The notes below the pieces were generated by a model. The model saw only the letters and a program-made list of their open reading frames with translations, was not told the DNA's origin and made no database searches. 64,000 bases of DNA from positions 6,373 to 70,372 of the forward strand of contig JBAQAF010000039.1 in assembly GCA_049285595.1 (NCBI GenBank). Reading direction: 5' to 3'. Each line of letters opens with the position of its first letter. Positions within the stretch are counted from its first letter, which is position 1. This DNA is from Thermoplasmata archaeon. GTDB taxonomy: Archaea; Thermoplasmatota; Thermoplasmata; Lutacidiplasmatales; UBA184. Of this stretch, positions 1 through 9,044 are shown piece after piece. The translations under genes were made by a program, and so were the position numbers.

Positions 1-2
1 AC

Positions 3-731
3 ATGAGCGAGCCCCCCTGGGTCCGGTTCGAGGGCGCGAAATTCCGCGACGAGCTCACGAACTACAAGATGGCGAACCACCCGTTCAAAACCCATCCGTT
101 CTTCGCGGACGTCGAGCACGGAAAGGCCCCCGTAGGGCTGGTCCGCTCCTGGGTGAAGCAGTTCTACCCCTGGCTCGCCGCCGTGCCGATCGCGATGGCG
201 GAACGGTTCTCGAACTGCCCGTCGGACATCGCGAACGACCGGTATCGCCGCATGATCCTCGACCAGCTCGTCGAAGAGGCGGGGGATCCGAAGGGGAAGG
301 AACCCGGTCACCCCGAGCTGTGGCTGCGCTTCTGCGAAGGGATCGGGGTGCCGCGGGCGGAGGTGCACGGCGCACCCCTGCTCCCCAGCACGATGGTAGC
401 GATCGACGATTTCCTGTACACGAACCGGCTTCACCCGTTCTACATCTCCGCCGCCGGCTCCTCCGAGCCCCCGAACGTAGAACTATGCGCCCGGCTTCTT
501 CCCGCGTTCCGTCAGCACTACAAGGTGACCGAAGACCACCTCGAGTACTACCGGCTCCATGTCACGGCGGACGTCGAGCACAGCGCATGGGTCGGCGAGA
601 TTGTCGCTGACTTCGCGAACTCTCCGGGGGTCCGGCAGTCGATGTGGGAGCAGATGCTTCGCGGATTCGCGCTTCACCGCCTCCTGGTCGATGGGGTCGT
701 CGCAGCCGGGACGACCGCGCCTCCGCACTGA
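3..731 (+). CDS. Heme-oxygenase-like di-iron / PqqC-CADD-TenA superfamily protein
   Basis: Complete 242-aa ORF with ATG at 3. Family-typical motifs are 'DQLVEEAGDPKGKEPGHPELWLRFCEGIG' (E..G...H.ELW..F) and 'YRLHVTADVEHSAW' (H...D..H). The subfamily cannot be resolved by eye. Confidence 0.6.
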   Translation: MSEPPWVRFEGAKFRDELTNYKMANHPFKTHPFFADVEHGKAPVGLVRSWVKQFYPWLAAVPIAMAERFSNCPSDIANDRYRRMILDQLVEEAGDPKGKEPGHPELWLRFCEGIGVPRAEVHGAPLLPSTMVAIDDFLYTNRLHPFYISAAGSSEPPNVELCARLLPAFRQHYKVTEDHLEYYRLHVTADVEHSAWVGEIVADFANSPGVRQSMWEQMLRGFALHRLLVDGVVAAGTTAPPH

Positions 732-814
732 GACGTCGACGAGCCGAGAGACTCTGAGACCCGCCGCCGCGGCTCCGAGCCCAGCGCAGGAGCCAAATAG
801 CCAGACCCGCTCTC

Positions 815-1129
815 GTGGTGCTCGGAATGTCGATGGATCTTCACGGTCCCAGTCCGTCGCCGGGGAGTTCCTCCGCGTACGTCTCGCCGGGGGCGATCCT
901 TGACCGGATCTACGAGATGAAACGACGGGTCGACGCCGGCACCTTGCTGGTCGAGGAGTTCGTTCGGAAGCGAGCGGATCTGATGACCACGACAGCTCCC
1001 CCCCGCGATGCGCCCGCCCCTTCGTCCACCCCCCACCGTGAACTCGCCAAGCTCGACTGGCTGCGCGACCGGACCGCAGTCACGGGCCCGCAGTACCTCG
1101 AGCTCCGGCGCCGCATCCTCTTCCGCTGA
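815..1129 (+). CDS. Small hypothetical protein with two SHOCT-like helical motifs
   Basis: 104-aa ORF. 'ILDRIYEMKRRVDAGTLLVEEFVRKRADLM' and 'LAKLDWLRDRTAVTGPQYLELRRRIL' resemble the SHOCT short C-terminal motif. Coding status is uncertain. Confidence 0.35.
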   Translation: MVLGMSMDLHGPSPSPGSSSAYVSPGAILDRIYEMKRRVDAGTLLVEEFVRKRADLMTTTAPPRDAPAPSSTPHRELAKLDWLRDRTAVTGPQYLELRRRILFR

Positions 1130-1465
1130 TCGAGTTTCCCGCCCACCGGGGGCGGCTCGGCCAGCGAGCGCCACCGAGGCCGGTCGACCGATGAAACGCT
1201 CAGAGGCGCGGTCCGGCGTCCCCCCGACCGAGCGCCGGAGGGCGGCGCTAACTCCTAAATACGCCCTGCCCGTGGGGGTAATCGATGGCGAACCGGAGCG
1301 ATCTCGGCGTCACGTGCCGGGCGACCGGCCGGGCTGCCGGGGCCTGGCTCTGGTGAACGGGAGGCGCCGGGAGGGCGCCGTCCCGATCGTCCTTCACTGA
1401 CCTCGGGTCGGCCCGTTCCGGGCGCCTCCCTCGGAGTTTGAAACCAACCACCGAAGGAAGGAACG

Positions 1466-2221
1466 ATGTACGGAAAGCAGATCCGACTGAAGCGACTGTT
1501 CCCGGACCCCGCCCGCCGGCTGTTCTCGGTCCCCCTCGACCACCCGGTGTCGATGGGACCGATCGACGGCCTCGAGCGGCTGGCGCCGGTGGCCGAAGGC
1601 CTCCAGGCCGGAGGCGTCGACCTGCTGATCGTGACGAAGGGGGCGGTCCGCGAGGTCGCACCGCTGCTCCGTCCGAACGTCTTCCTCGGGATCCACGTAT
1701 CGGCGTCCACCGGTCTCGGCACGACCTCCGACCGCAAGGTGCTGGTCGGTACGGCCGAGGAAGCGGTCGCCCTGGGTGCGGATCTCCTCTCGGTCCAGGT
1801 CAATTTTGGTGTCCCGGAAGAGCCCGAGATGCTCCGGGACCTCGGGATCGCCTCCGACCAGTGCCGGCAGCTGGGGCTGCCCCTCCTGTGCATGGCCTAC
1901 GTCAAGAAGGGGAATGGCGGAACGCCGACCGAGCTCCGGCACGCGGCTCGGGCTGCCGCCGATACAGGGGCGGACATCGTCAAGACGAGCTACCCCGGCT
2001 CTCGGGACGAGTTCCTCCGCCTCTGCCACACGACCCCCGTCCCGGTCCTCATCGGGGGCGGCGTGCGGCTCGACGACGAGGAAGCGTTCTTGACAATAGT
2101 ACGCGAGAGCATGCTCGCCGGCGGCGCGGGGATCTGCATCGGCCGTAATCTGTTCCAGCGGCGGCCGATCGAACCGCTCGCTCTGCGCATCTCCGCCATC
2201 CTGCACGGAACGTCGAGCTAG
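1466..2221 (+). CDS. aroA': 2-amino-3,7-dideoxy-D-threo-hept-6-ulosonate (ADH) synthase, class I aldolase (DhnA) family
   Basis: 251 aa. DhnA-type aldolase pattern with a candidate Schiff-base Lys in 'GADIVKTSYPG'. It sits directly upstream of DHQ synthase II, the classical archaeal pairing. Confidence 0.85.
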   Translation: MYGKQIRLKRLFPDPARRLFSVPLDHPVSMGPIDGLERLAPVAEGLQAGGVDLLIVTKGAVREVAPLLRPNVFLGIHVSASTGLGTTSDRKVLVGTAEEAVALGADLLSVQVNFGVPEEPEMLRDLGIASDQCRQLGLPLLCMAYVKKGNGGTPTELRHAARAAADTGADIVKTSYPGSRDEFLRLCHTTPVPVLIGGGVRLDDEEAFLTIVRESMLAGGAGICIGRNLFQRRPIEPLALRISAILHGTSS

Positions 2222-2233
2222 GAGTTCCACGGG

Positions 2234-3262
2234 ATGTCGGATCGGGTCGTGATCTCCCCCGAGGCCCCGGACGGCGCGAGCTTCGAAGCGATCGTCGCCC
2301 GGGCCCGGGACCGCGGGTTTCGGCGGTTCCTGATCTCGGAAGGGACTCCGTTCACGGCCGCATCGGGAGAGGAGATCGACCTCCGAACCGTACGCGGGAT
2401 CCGACCGACCGGCTCCGCCGAGGCAACGGTGCGGATCGTAACGGTCGCGGACCCGGCGACGCTCGACGCCGAGGTCGCTGCGACGGCGGACGGAGGAACA
2501 CTGGCGGTCGAGTGGACCGGCGACCGGGTGATCCCGCTGGAGAACGCGATCGCCCGTCGGGGCCGGCGGTTTCATCTCTGGACCCTCGCCCGCTCGGTCG
2601 TGGAGGTGCCTGCGTCGCTCGGAGCGCTCGAGCACGGGGCGGACCGGGTGATCGTCACCGTTCGATCCCCCGAGGAGGTCGACCGGCTCGAAGCGATCCT
2701 CGAGCGGACCCTGGTCGCGGAACTGGCGTGGCGCAAGGTCGCGCTCACGTCGATCCGACCGGCGGGTCTCGGGGACCGGGTGCTCGTCGATACGACGTCG
2801 ATCTTGCGCCCCGAAGAGGGGCTGCTCGTCGGTAGCGCCGCCGCCCTTCTCTTCCACGTGGCGAGCGAGGCGGTCGGATCGGAGTTCAGCCGCCCTCGTC
2901 CGTTCCGAGTGAACGCCGGGGCGGCCCACTCCTACGTGCTCATGGCCGACGGAACGACCCGGTACCTCTCCGAGCTCGAGGCGGGAGATTCGGTGCTGGT
3001 GGCGGTCCCGGGCGGCCCGTCACGGGCCGTTCGGGTCGGTCGGATCAAGATCGAGCGCCGTCCGATGGTCCTTCTCACGGCGGACGATGAGCATCGGGTC
3101 CGGACCGTCTTCCTGCAGGAGGCCGAGACGGTTCGGGTATCGACCGACTCGGGGCGAATCGCTGTGACAGTGCTGCGACCGGATCGCCTCCTCGACGCCG
3201 TACGGTTACCGTCCGCCCGGCACCTGGGGACCGCGATCGAGGAGACGATCGAGGAACGATGA
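2234..3262 (+). CDS. aroB': 3-dehydroquinate synthase II (archaeal type)
   Basis: 342 aa. The length, position after ADH synthase and overall sequence character fit the DHQ synthase II family. The stop overlaps the next start (ATGA at 3259-3262). Confidence 0.8.
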   Translation: MSDRVVISPEAPDGASFEAIVARARDRGFRRFLISEGTPFTAASGEEIDLRTVRGIRPTGSAEATVRIVTVADPATLDAEVAATADGGTLAVEWTGDRVIPLENAIARRGRRFHLWTLARSVVEVPASLGALEHGADRVIVTVRSPEEVDRLEAILERTLVAELAWRKVALTSIRPAGLGDRVLVDTTSILRPEEGLLVGSAAALLFHVASEAVGSEFSRPRPFRVNAGAAHSYVLMADGTTRYLSELEAGDSVLVAVPGGPSRAVRVGRIKIERRPMVLLTADDEHRVRTVFLQEAETVRVSTDSGRIAVTVLRPDRLLDAVRLPSARHLGTAIEETIEER

Positions 3263-4755
3263 CCGGAGTCCGTCCCGCGATCGTCGTTTCCCTTCCGGCG
3301 CGCTCCGCGGCCGAGGCGGTCCCTCAGATCGTCGAGGCCCGGTCGGCCGGGGCGGACGCCGCCGAGATCCGTATCGACCGGTGGCCCCCGGAGGAACGGG
3401 CCCGCCTCCGCGATCTATTCCCTTCAAGCCTCCCGCTGATCGCGACGCTCCGATCCGCGCGAGACGGCGGCAGCGGTCCGGACGGACCGGCGGAGCGCGC
3501 CCCGTTGCTGCTCAGCTACGCAGCCTTACCGTTCCGGTGGATCGATCTCGAGCACGGGCGCGACGATGGGCTCGTCGATCGGCTCCCGCCGACGGAGACG
3601 CTCGGCCGCGTCATCTCCTGCCATCTTCGAGACGACGAGCTGCTCGACTGGCCCCGCCGGTGGTTGGAACTATCCAGCGTACGGGGCATCGGAAAACTGG
3701 TCGTCCCAGCATCCGTACCGATCGCGCTCGGGGAGATGCTCCCGAAGCTGCTCGGACCCCGGGACGAACCGGTCGTCGTCCATACGACCGGCCCGTCGGG
3801 ACCGCTCCTTCGCGCGTTCGCCCGCCGCCTCGGCTCCCCCCTCGTTTTCGCCGCTCTTCCCGAGGGGAACGGACGGGCGCCGGTCGAGCCGAGCCAGATC
3901 CCGGTCGACCGGCTCCGCCGCTATCTCGAGGCTCCCGGGGAGGCCCCGATGTTCGCGGTCGCGGGCCGGCCGATCGCGCACTCCCGCAGCCCCGCGATCC
4001 ACTCCACCTGGATGGAGACCGACGGACGGGCCGGTCTCTACGTTCCCCTCGAGTTCGCCTCGGACGATGAGTTCCTCGAATCGATCCCGCTCCTGGCGGC
4101 CAACGGCTTCCGAGGCCTCAACGTCACCCATCCGCTGAAAGCGGCGGCGTTCGAGGCGGCCACGGACGCGGGCCCGGGAGCCACCGCCTGCGGTGTGGCG
4201 AACTGTCTCACCCTCCGCGACGGGGAGGTCCTTGCCGAGAACACCGACCTCGTCGCGATCTTACGCCGGCTCGAGGAGCTTCGGGAGTCGGGTCCTTGGG
4301 ACGGTCGGTCGATCGTGGTCCTCGGGGCGGGGGGCGCGGCCCGGGCGACGCTGGCCGCAGCCCGCGCTCTGTCGATCCCGGCCACGGTCGTCGCGCGGCG
4401 TTCCGAGGCGGCGGCAGCGCTCGCGAAGGCGTTCGGAGCGAGTTCCGAAACGGTGGTCCGTCCGAACTCCGGCACCCTGATCGTGCACGCCTCCTCGGCC
4501 GGACGGGAGGGGGCCGGTCCCCTCGACCCCGTTCTCGCGAGGGCGATCGTCGGGGGTGGCGTGGTCCTGGATTGGGTCTACGCCCCCTCGGGATCGACCG
4601 TGCGCGACGCGGCGTCCTCGGCGGGGGCGGCGTACGAGGACGGCTGGAGGTTGTTCGTCTACCAGGCAGCCGCGAGCTACGCGCTCTGGTGGGGCGAGGA
4701 ACCATCGAAGGAGCTCGTCGACCGGGCGATCGTGGAGGGTGGATGCGCGGCGTAG
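3259..4755 (+). CDS. aroDE: Fused 3-dehydroquinate dehydratase (type I) / shikimate 5-dehydrogenase
   Basis: 498 aa. The N-terminal half is AroD-like ('IVVSLPARSAAEA...ADAAEIRIDRW'). The C-terminal half is AroE-like ('GRPIAHSRSPAIHSTW', 'LNVTHPLKAAAF', 'ENTDLVAI', 'VVLGAGGAARA'). Confidence 0.85.
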   Translation: MTGVRPAIVVSLPARSAAEAVPQIVEARSAGADAAEIRIDRWPPEERARLRDLFPSSLPLIATLRSARDGGSGPDGPAERAPLLLSYAALPFRWIDLEHGRDDGLVDRLPPTETLGRVISCHLRDDELLDWPRRWLELSSVRGIGKLVVPASVPIALGEMLPKLLGPRDEPVVVHTTGPSGPLLRAFARRLGSPLVFAALPEGNGRAPVEPSQIPVDRLRRYLEAPGEAPMFAVAGRPIAHSRSPAIHSTWMETDGRAGLYVPLEFASDDEFLESIPLLAANGFRGLNVTHPLKAAAFEAATDAGPGATACGVANCLTLRDGEVLAENTDLVAILRRLEELRESGPWDGRSIVVLGAGGAARATLAAARALSIPATVVARRSEAAAALAKAFGASSETVVRPNSGTLIVHASSAGREGAGPLDPVLARAIVGGGVVLDWVYAPSGSTVRDAASSAGAAYEDGWRLFVYQAAASYALWWGEEPSKELVDRAIVEGGCAA

Positions 4756-5618
4756 GTGAGGCGACGGCGGCGATCACGATCGTGAACGCTCTCCCCACGG
4801 GCGTCGGAGCCGCCGCGGGGATCGAGCTCCGGACCCGGGCCTCGGTCGAGCTGGGCCTCCGTCGCGAAGGCTCGGACTCATTGCCCAAGATCCGGCCGGA
4901 GGGTTCGGCGACTCCGCTGGTCTACGCTGCGGTCGCCGAAGGAATGCGCACGTTTGCTCCCGGGGAGTTTGTGCCGGTGGAGATCTGGGTGAGCTCCGAC
5001 ATCCCGTCGTCCGCGGGTCTCAAGAGCTCGAGCGCGGTCGTTTCGGCGATCCTCCTCGCGATCGCCAACGCGGTCGGACGGCGACCGTTCCCCGAGGAGG
5101 TCGCGCGGAAGAACGCCGCGCTCGGTCGGTCGACCGGGGTGAGTGCGACCGGTGCCTTTGATGACGCCCTCGCCGGACTGACCGGCGACGCCGTTCTTAC
5201 CGACAACCGGGCCGATCGCCTCATCGAACGGTTTCCGCTCGACCCTCGGCTCGGCGTGGTGCTCTGGATCCCTCCGGGGAGCCATGCGCCGGCGCCGTCG
5301 GCGCTCGAACGCTTTCGTGCAGGTCCCGCGGAGGCGCTCGCTCCCGTCCGTGCGGCTCGGGCGGGGCGCCTCTGGGAGGCGATGGAGCTGAACTCCGGAC
5401 TGGTGGAGGAGGCGATGGAGTACTCCTATCGGGATCTCCGACGGACCATGCAGGAAGCCGGGGCGGTGGCGAGCGGGGTGAGCGGACTCGGGCCCGTATT
5501 CGCCGCGGTCGCGCCTCGGGATCGGGTTCCAGGACTCCTCGTCCGGCTCCGCGGAAGGGCGGGACTTGTTCGCTCGGTCGACTTCTCGCCGTCGCTCGCG
5601 CAGGAGGTGTTCCGGTGA
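4743..5618 (+). CDS. aroK: Shikimate kinase, archaeal GHMP-kinase type
   Basis: The internal ATG at 4743 of track ORF 4296..5618 gives 291 aa starting 'MRGVGEATAAITIVNALPTG'. GHMP motif 'PSSAGLKSSSAV' is present. The upstream part of the track ORF is R/G-rich and overlaps aroDE. Confidence 0.8.
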   Translation: MRGVGEATAAITIVNALPTGVGAAAGIELRTRASVELGLRREGSDSLPKIRPEGSATPLVYAAVAEGMRTFAPGEFVPVEIWVSSDIPSSAGLKSSSAVVSAILLAIANAVGRRPFPEEVARKNAALGRSTGVSATGAFDDALAGLTGDAVLTDNRADRLIERFPLDPRLGVVLWIPPGSHAPAPSALERFRAGPAEALAPVRAARAGRLWEAMELNSGLVEEAMEYSYRDLRRTMQEAGAVASGVSGLGPVFAAVAPRDRVPGLLVRLRGRAGLVRSVDFSPSLAQEVFR

Positions 5619-6892
5619 CGGAGGTCCGGGTCTCGCCCGGTCCGGTGCACGGAACGGTCCGTGCCCCTCCGTCAAAGAGCTACACGCACCGGGCGCTGGT
5701 AGTGGCCCATCTCGCCGGACGACGATGCGCCGTCGAACGACCGCTTCGGTCGAACGACACGCTACGAACCGTCGCGGCGATCCGTGCCCTCGGCTCGGTG
5801 GTCACCCTGGGCCGGGATCGATGGACCGTCGCTCCTTCCGGTGATCGCTCCCGTCGACGGGCCGTTCGGATCGACTGCGGGGAGTCCGGCACGACGTTGC
5901 GGTTCGCGAGCGCCCTGGCCGCGCTCGAGAGTCGCCCGGTGGAGCTCCGTGGTCGCGGTCGTCTCCCCCTCCGCCCGATGGGGGCGCTTTCGCGGGCGCT
6001 CCGGACGCTCGGCGCCACGGTCAAGGCGCCCCCACCTCCCCGAACGCTCCCGATGGTCGTGCGGGGCCCGGTCCGAGGAGGGGAGGTGGAGGTCGACGCC
6101 TCCGAGAGCTCGCAGTTCGTTTCGGCGCTCCTGCTCGCCCTTCCGACGGCGGAAGGCGACTCCGTCCTCCGTCTCCCCGGCCCGCCGGTCTCTGCCCCGT
6201 ACATCGACGCGACCGTCGCGGTGATGCGCGCGAGCCGCGTGCGGGTGACCCAGGGCCGCCAGCGATACCGTATTCCCGGGCACCAGATCTACCGAGGCCG
6301 GAGTTTCCGGGTCCCGGGCGATGCCTCCTCGGCGGCGTATCTTTGGGCGGCACCGGCGATCGCCGGCGGCTCCGTCACGGTCCTCGGCCTTCCGGACGCG
6401 TGGCCGCAGGCCGATCTCGCGATCCTCGGACTCCTTCGGGAGTTCGGCGCCCGGGTACAGCGCCGTCCCCGGGGGACGACCGTGGAGTTCTCGGAGCGAC
6501 GGCCGTTCCGGGTCGAGCTCACGGACTCACCGGACCTGTATCCTCTCGCCGGCGTCCTCGCGGCGAGCGCCCGAGGAGTCAGCACGCTCGTGGGCGCCGC
6601 GCACGTCGCGTCGAAGGAGTCGGATCGTCGGGCCGAGACGATCCGGCTCGCGACGCAGATGGGAGCGAAGGTGCGCGCCAGCCGGGGCGGTCTCCGGATC
6701 GAGGGTACCGGCGATCCCACGCCGCTTTCGATACGGGGAGCGGACGACCACCGCATCGTCATGAGCGCGGCGATCGGCGCGCTCGCCGCGTCGGGAGCGT
6801 CGACCGTCGGCCGCCCCGAGGCGGTCGCCAAGTCGTTCCCGGAGTTCTGGAGCGTTCTCGCCCAGATCGCGGGAAAGGGGCGGATCGCATGA
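5615..6892 (+). CDS. aroA: 3-phosphoshikimate 1-carboxyvinyltransferase (EPSP synthase)
   Basis: 425 aa with 'PPSKSYTHRALV' and 'CGESGTTLRF'. The GTG start overlaps the aroK stop (GTGA). Confidence 0.9.
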   Translation: MTEVRVSPGPVHGTVRAPPSKSYTHRALVVAHLAGRRCAVERPLRSNDTLRTVAAIRALGSVVTLGRDRWTVAPSGDRSRRRAVRIDCGESGTTLRFASALAALESRPVELRGRGRLPLRPMGALSRALRTLGATVKAPPPPRTLPMVVRGPVRGGEVEVDASESSQFVSALLLALPTAEGDSVLRLPGPPVSAPYIDATVAVMRASRVRVTQGRQRYRIPGHQIYRGRSFRVPGDASSAAYLWAAPAIAGGSVTVLGLPDAWPQADLAILGLLREFGARVQRRPRGTTVEFSERRPFRVELTDSPDLYPLAGVLAASARGVSTLVGAAHVASKESDRRAETIRLATQMGAKVRASRGGLRIEGTGDPTPLSIRGADDHRIVMSAAIGALAASGASTVGRPEAVAKSFPEFWSVLAQIAGKGRIA

Positions 6893-7974
6893 TGGAGCTG
6901 GGACGGAGATTCCGGGTCGGTATCTTCGGGACCAGCCACGGTCCCGAGGTAGGGGTCACGATCGACGGCCTACCCGCGGGAACTCCGATCGACCTCGAGA
7001 AGATCCAGGCCGATCTCGACCGCCGACGACCCGTGGGTCGGCGGCTGGCCACGAAGCGACAGGAGGAAGACCAGTTGGTCGTGGACCGGGGCGTCACGAA
7101 CGGTCGGGCCGACGGGACGACGTTCCGCGCGCACGTGGCCAACGAGGACGTGAAACGCGGGGCCTACGATCGGATGAAGAACACGCCCCGTCCCGGCCAC
7201 GCCGATTACCCGGCCCGGGTCCGGTACGGACCGGACGCCGATCTCTCGGGAGGAGGGATCTTTTCCGGGCGAATGACCGTCGGGCTCGTGATCGCCGGTG
7301 CGATCGCCCGCGCGATGCTTTTGGTCCGGGGGATCGAGATCGCCGCGTTCACCCGGTCGGTCGGGACGGTGGACGCCGACGTGCCGGACGACGTCCCCCT
7401 CTTCGATCTCTTCCGCGCCTGCGCCGCGAACGAGGTCGGCACGCCGGATGCCTCCGCTGCGGGACGGATGGAGGAGGCGATCGCCGCGGCGCGCAGGGAC
7501 GGCGACAGTCTCGGGGGAGTGATCGAGGTCCGAGTGACCGGTGCGCCGGTCGGCCTCGGGGAGCCGTTCTTCGACTCGATCGAGAGCGTCCTTGCCCATG
7601 CGGCGTTCTCCGTCCCGGCGGTGAAGGCGATCGAGTTCGGCGCCGGCTTCCGGGCGACGCGAATGCGGGGGAGCGAGCACAACGACCCGTTCGTCCTCGA
7701 AGGAGGGCGCGTCCGGACCACGAGCAATCACGCGGGCGGGATCCTCGGCGGCCTCGCCAACGGGATGCCGATCGTCTTCCGCGTCGCCGTCAAACCGGCC
7801 TCGTCGATCGCCCGCCCGCAGGCGACCGTGGACCTGTCTACGCTCACCGCTGCCGAACTCGTGGTGCAGGGACGCCACGACCCGTGCATCGTACCTCGCG
7901 CCGTCGTCGTCCTCGAGAGCGTGACGGCGATCGGCCTCGCGGACCTCGCGCTCGCGGGGGGGTTCCTGCCGTGA
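6889..7974 (+). CDS. aroC: Chorismate synthase
   Basis: The internal ATG at 6889 (ATGA overlap with aroA) gives 361 aa starting 'MMELGRRFRVGIFGTSHGPEVG'. 'PRPGHADY' is present. Confidence 0.9.
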   Translation: MMELGRRFRVGIFGTSHGPEVGVTIDGLPAGTPIDLEKIQADLDRRRPVGRRLATKRQEEDQLVVDRGVTNGRADGTTFRAHVANEDVKRGAYDRMKNTPRPGHADYPARVRYGPDADLSGGGIFSGRMTVGLVIAGAIARAMLLVRGIEIAAFTRSVGTVDADVPDDVPLFDLFRACAANEVGTPDASAAGRMEEAIAAARRDGDSLGGVIEVRVTGAPVGLGEPFFDSIESVLAHAAFSVPAVKAIEFGAGFRATRMRGSEHNDPFVLEGGRVRTTSNHAGGILGGLANGMPIVFRVAVKPASSIARPQATVDLSTLTAAELVVQGRHDPCIVPRAVVVLESVTAIGLADLALAGGFLP

Positions 7975-9044
7975 CGGACGTTCCCCTCCCGACGGCGATC
8001 CTGGGAGCGAGCGGCTACATCGGGCAGCATTTCGCTCGCCTCCTCGACGACCACCCCCGGTTCGGGCGACCGCTGCTCGGGGCCGGAGAGCGGTCGGACG
8101 GCCGTCGCCTTTCGGACGTCTGGCTCCTCTCGGAACCGACGCCCCCGCACCTCGGGGACCAGCGACTGACGCGGCTCTCCCCAGCCGCCCTCGAACGGGC
8201 CGGCGTCCGGGCGGTCTTCTCGGCGCTACCGTCGGGGACGGCGGGAGAAATCGAGACCGAGCTCGTACGCCGGGGGATCTCGGTGTTCTCCAACGCCGCG
8301 GACCACCGGATGGACCCCACCGTGCCGCTCCTCGTCCCGGAAGTGAACGCGCGCCATCTCTCGCTCCTCGCCCGTCGTCCTCGGCATCGGGGACTGCTCA
8401 TCGCCAATCCGAACTGCTCGGCCACCGGGCTCGTCGTGGCCCTCGCTCCGGTCCTCCGACTGCTCGCGCCTCGCGCCGTCCACGTAGCGACGTATCAATC
8501 GATCTCGGGTGCCGGCTACCCCGGCGTACCGTCCCTCTCCGTCACCGACAACGTCGTCCCGTTCATCCGGGAAGAGGAGGAGAAGCTCGAACTCGAGTCG
8601 ACACGGATCCTGGGAACCTTCCGGTCCGGCCGGGTCCGACCGGCCCGCTTCCCGCTCCTGGCGCACTGCGCCCGGGTGGCCACTCGGGAAGGCCATCTCG
8701 AGGCGGTGACCGTGGAGGCGACCCGTCGCCCGACGATCGCCGAGCTCCGGACCGCCTGGAGCACGTTCGATCCGTTGCGCGCGCTCGGTCTGCCGACCGC
8801 GCCCCATCCTCCGATCGAGCTGCGACGAGAGCCGGACCGACCCCAACCGGTCCGGGACCGTTGGGCGGGATCTCCGGAGCGCGCGCGCGGGATGGCGGTC
8901 GTGGTCGGACGGCTTCGCTGGACGCCTCCCTACCTACGGTTCTTCGTCCTCTCGCACAACGCCGTCCGGGGCGGCGCCGGAGGCTCGGTGCTGAACGCCG
9001 AGCTCACCGCGGCGAAGGGCTACCTCGACCCGGGAGCCGCGTGA
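7971..9044 (+). CDS. asd: Aspartate-semialdehyde dehydrogenase
   Basis: The GTG at 7971 (GTGA overlap with aroC) gives 357 aa. 'ILGASGYIGQ' is the NAD(P) site and 'NPNCSATGL' contains the active-site Cys. Confidence 0.85.
   Translation: MTDVPLPTAILGASGYIGQHFARLLDDHPRFGRPLLGAGERSDGRRLSDVWLLSEPTPPHLGDQRLTRLSPAALERAGVRAVFSALPSGTAGEIETELVRRGISVFSNAADHRMDPTVPLLVPEVNARHLSLLARRPRHRGLLIANPNCSATGLVVALAPVLRLLAPRAVHVATYQSISGAGYPGVPSLSVTDNVVPFIREEEEKLELESTRILGTFRSGRVRPARFPLLAHCARVATREGHLEAVTVEATRRPTIAELRTAWSTFDPLRALGLPTAPHPPIELRREPDRPQPVRDRWAGSPERARGMAVVVGRLRWTPPYLRFFVLSHNAVRGGAGGSVLNAELTAAKGYLDPGAA

Noticed and set aside
1394-2929. 511-aa minus-strand ORF antisense to ADH synthase and DHQ synthase II. 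Similar long antisense or off-frame ORFs occur at 41806..43857, 49977..51743, 54732..56951, 60780..62516 and 61769..63658.
   Set aside because: Their translations are dominated by R/G/P/A/D runs with no motifs. Each overlaps a gene with clear family signatures on the other strand or frame. These are typical stop-codon-poor artefacts of very GC-rich DNA.
4296-4742. Long N-terminal extensions of track ORFs: 4296 for aroK, 6343 for aroC, 7884 for asd, 8861 for ask, 10851 for trpG, 10808 for trpD, 13785 for trpF, 20974..22287 for pyrE, 21525..22946 for carS, 26308..27363 for DGGGPS, 29486 for M16-B, 41880 for pgi, 45543 for gnd, 46373 for zwf and 47899 for pgl.
   Set aside because: The extensions overlap the preceding gene in another frame and are R/G/P-rich. 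An internal ATG or GTG placed exactly at an ATGA/GTGA stop-start junction gives the family-typical N-terminus.
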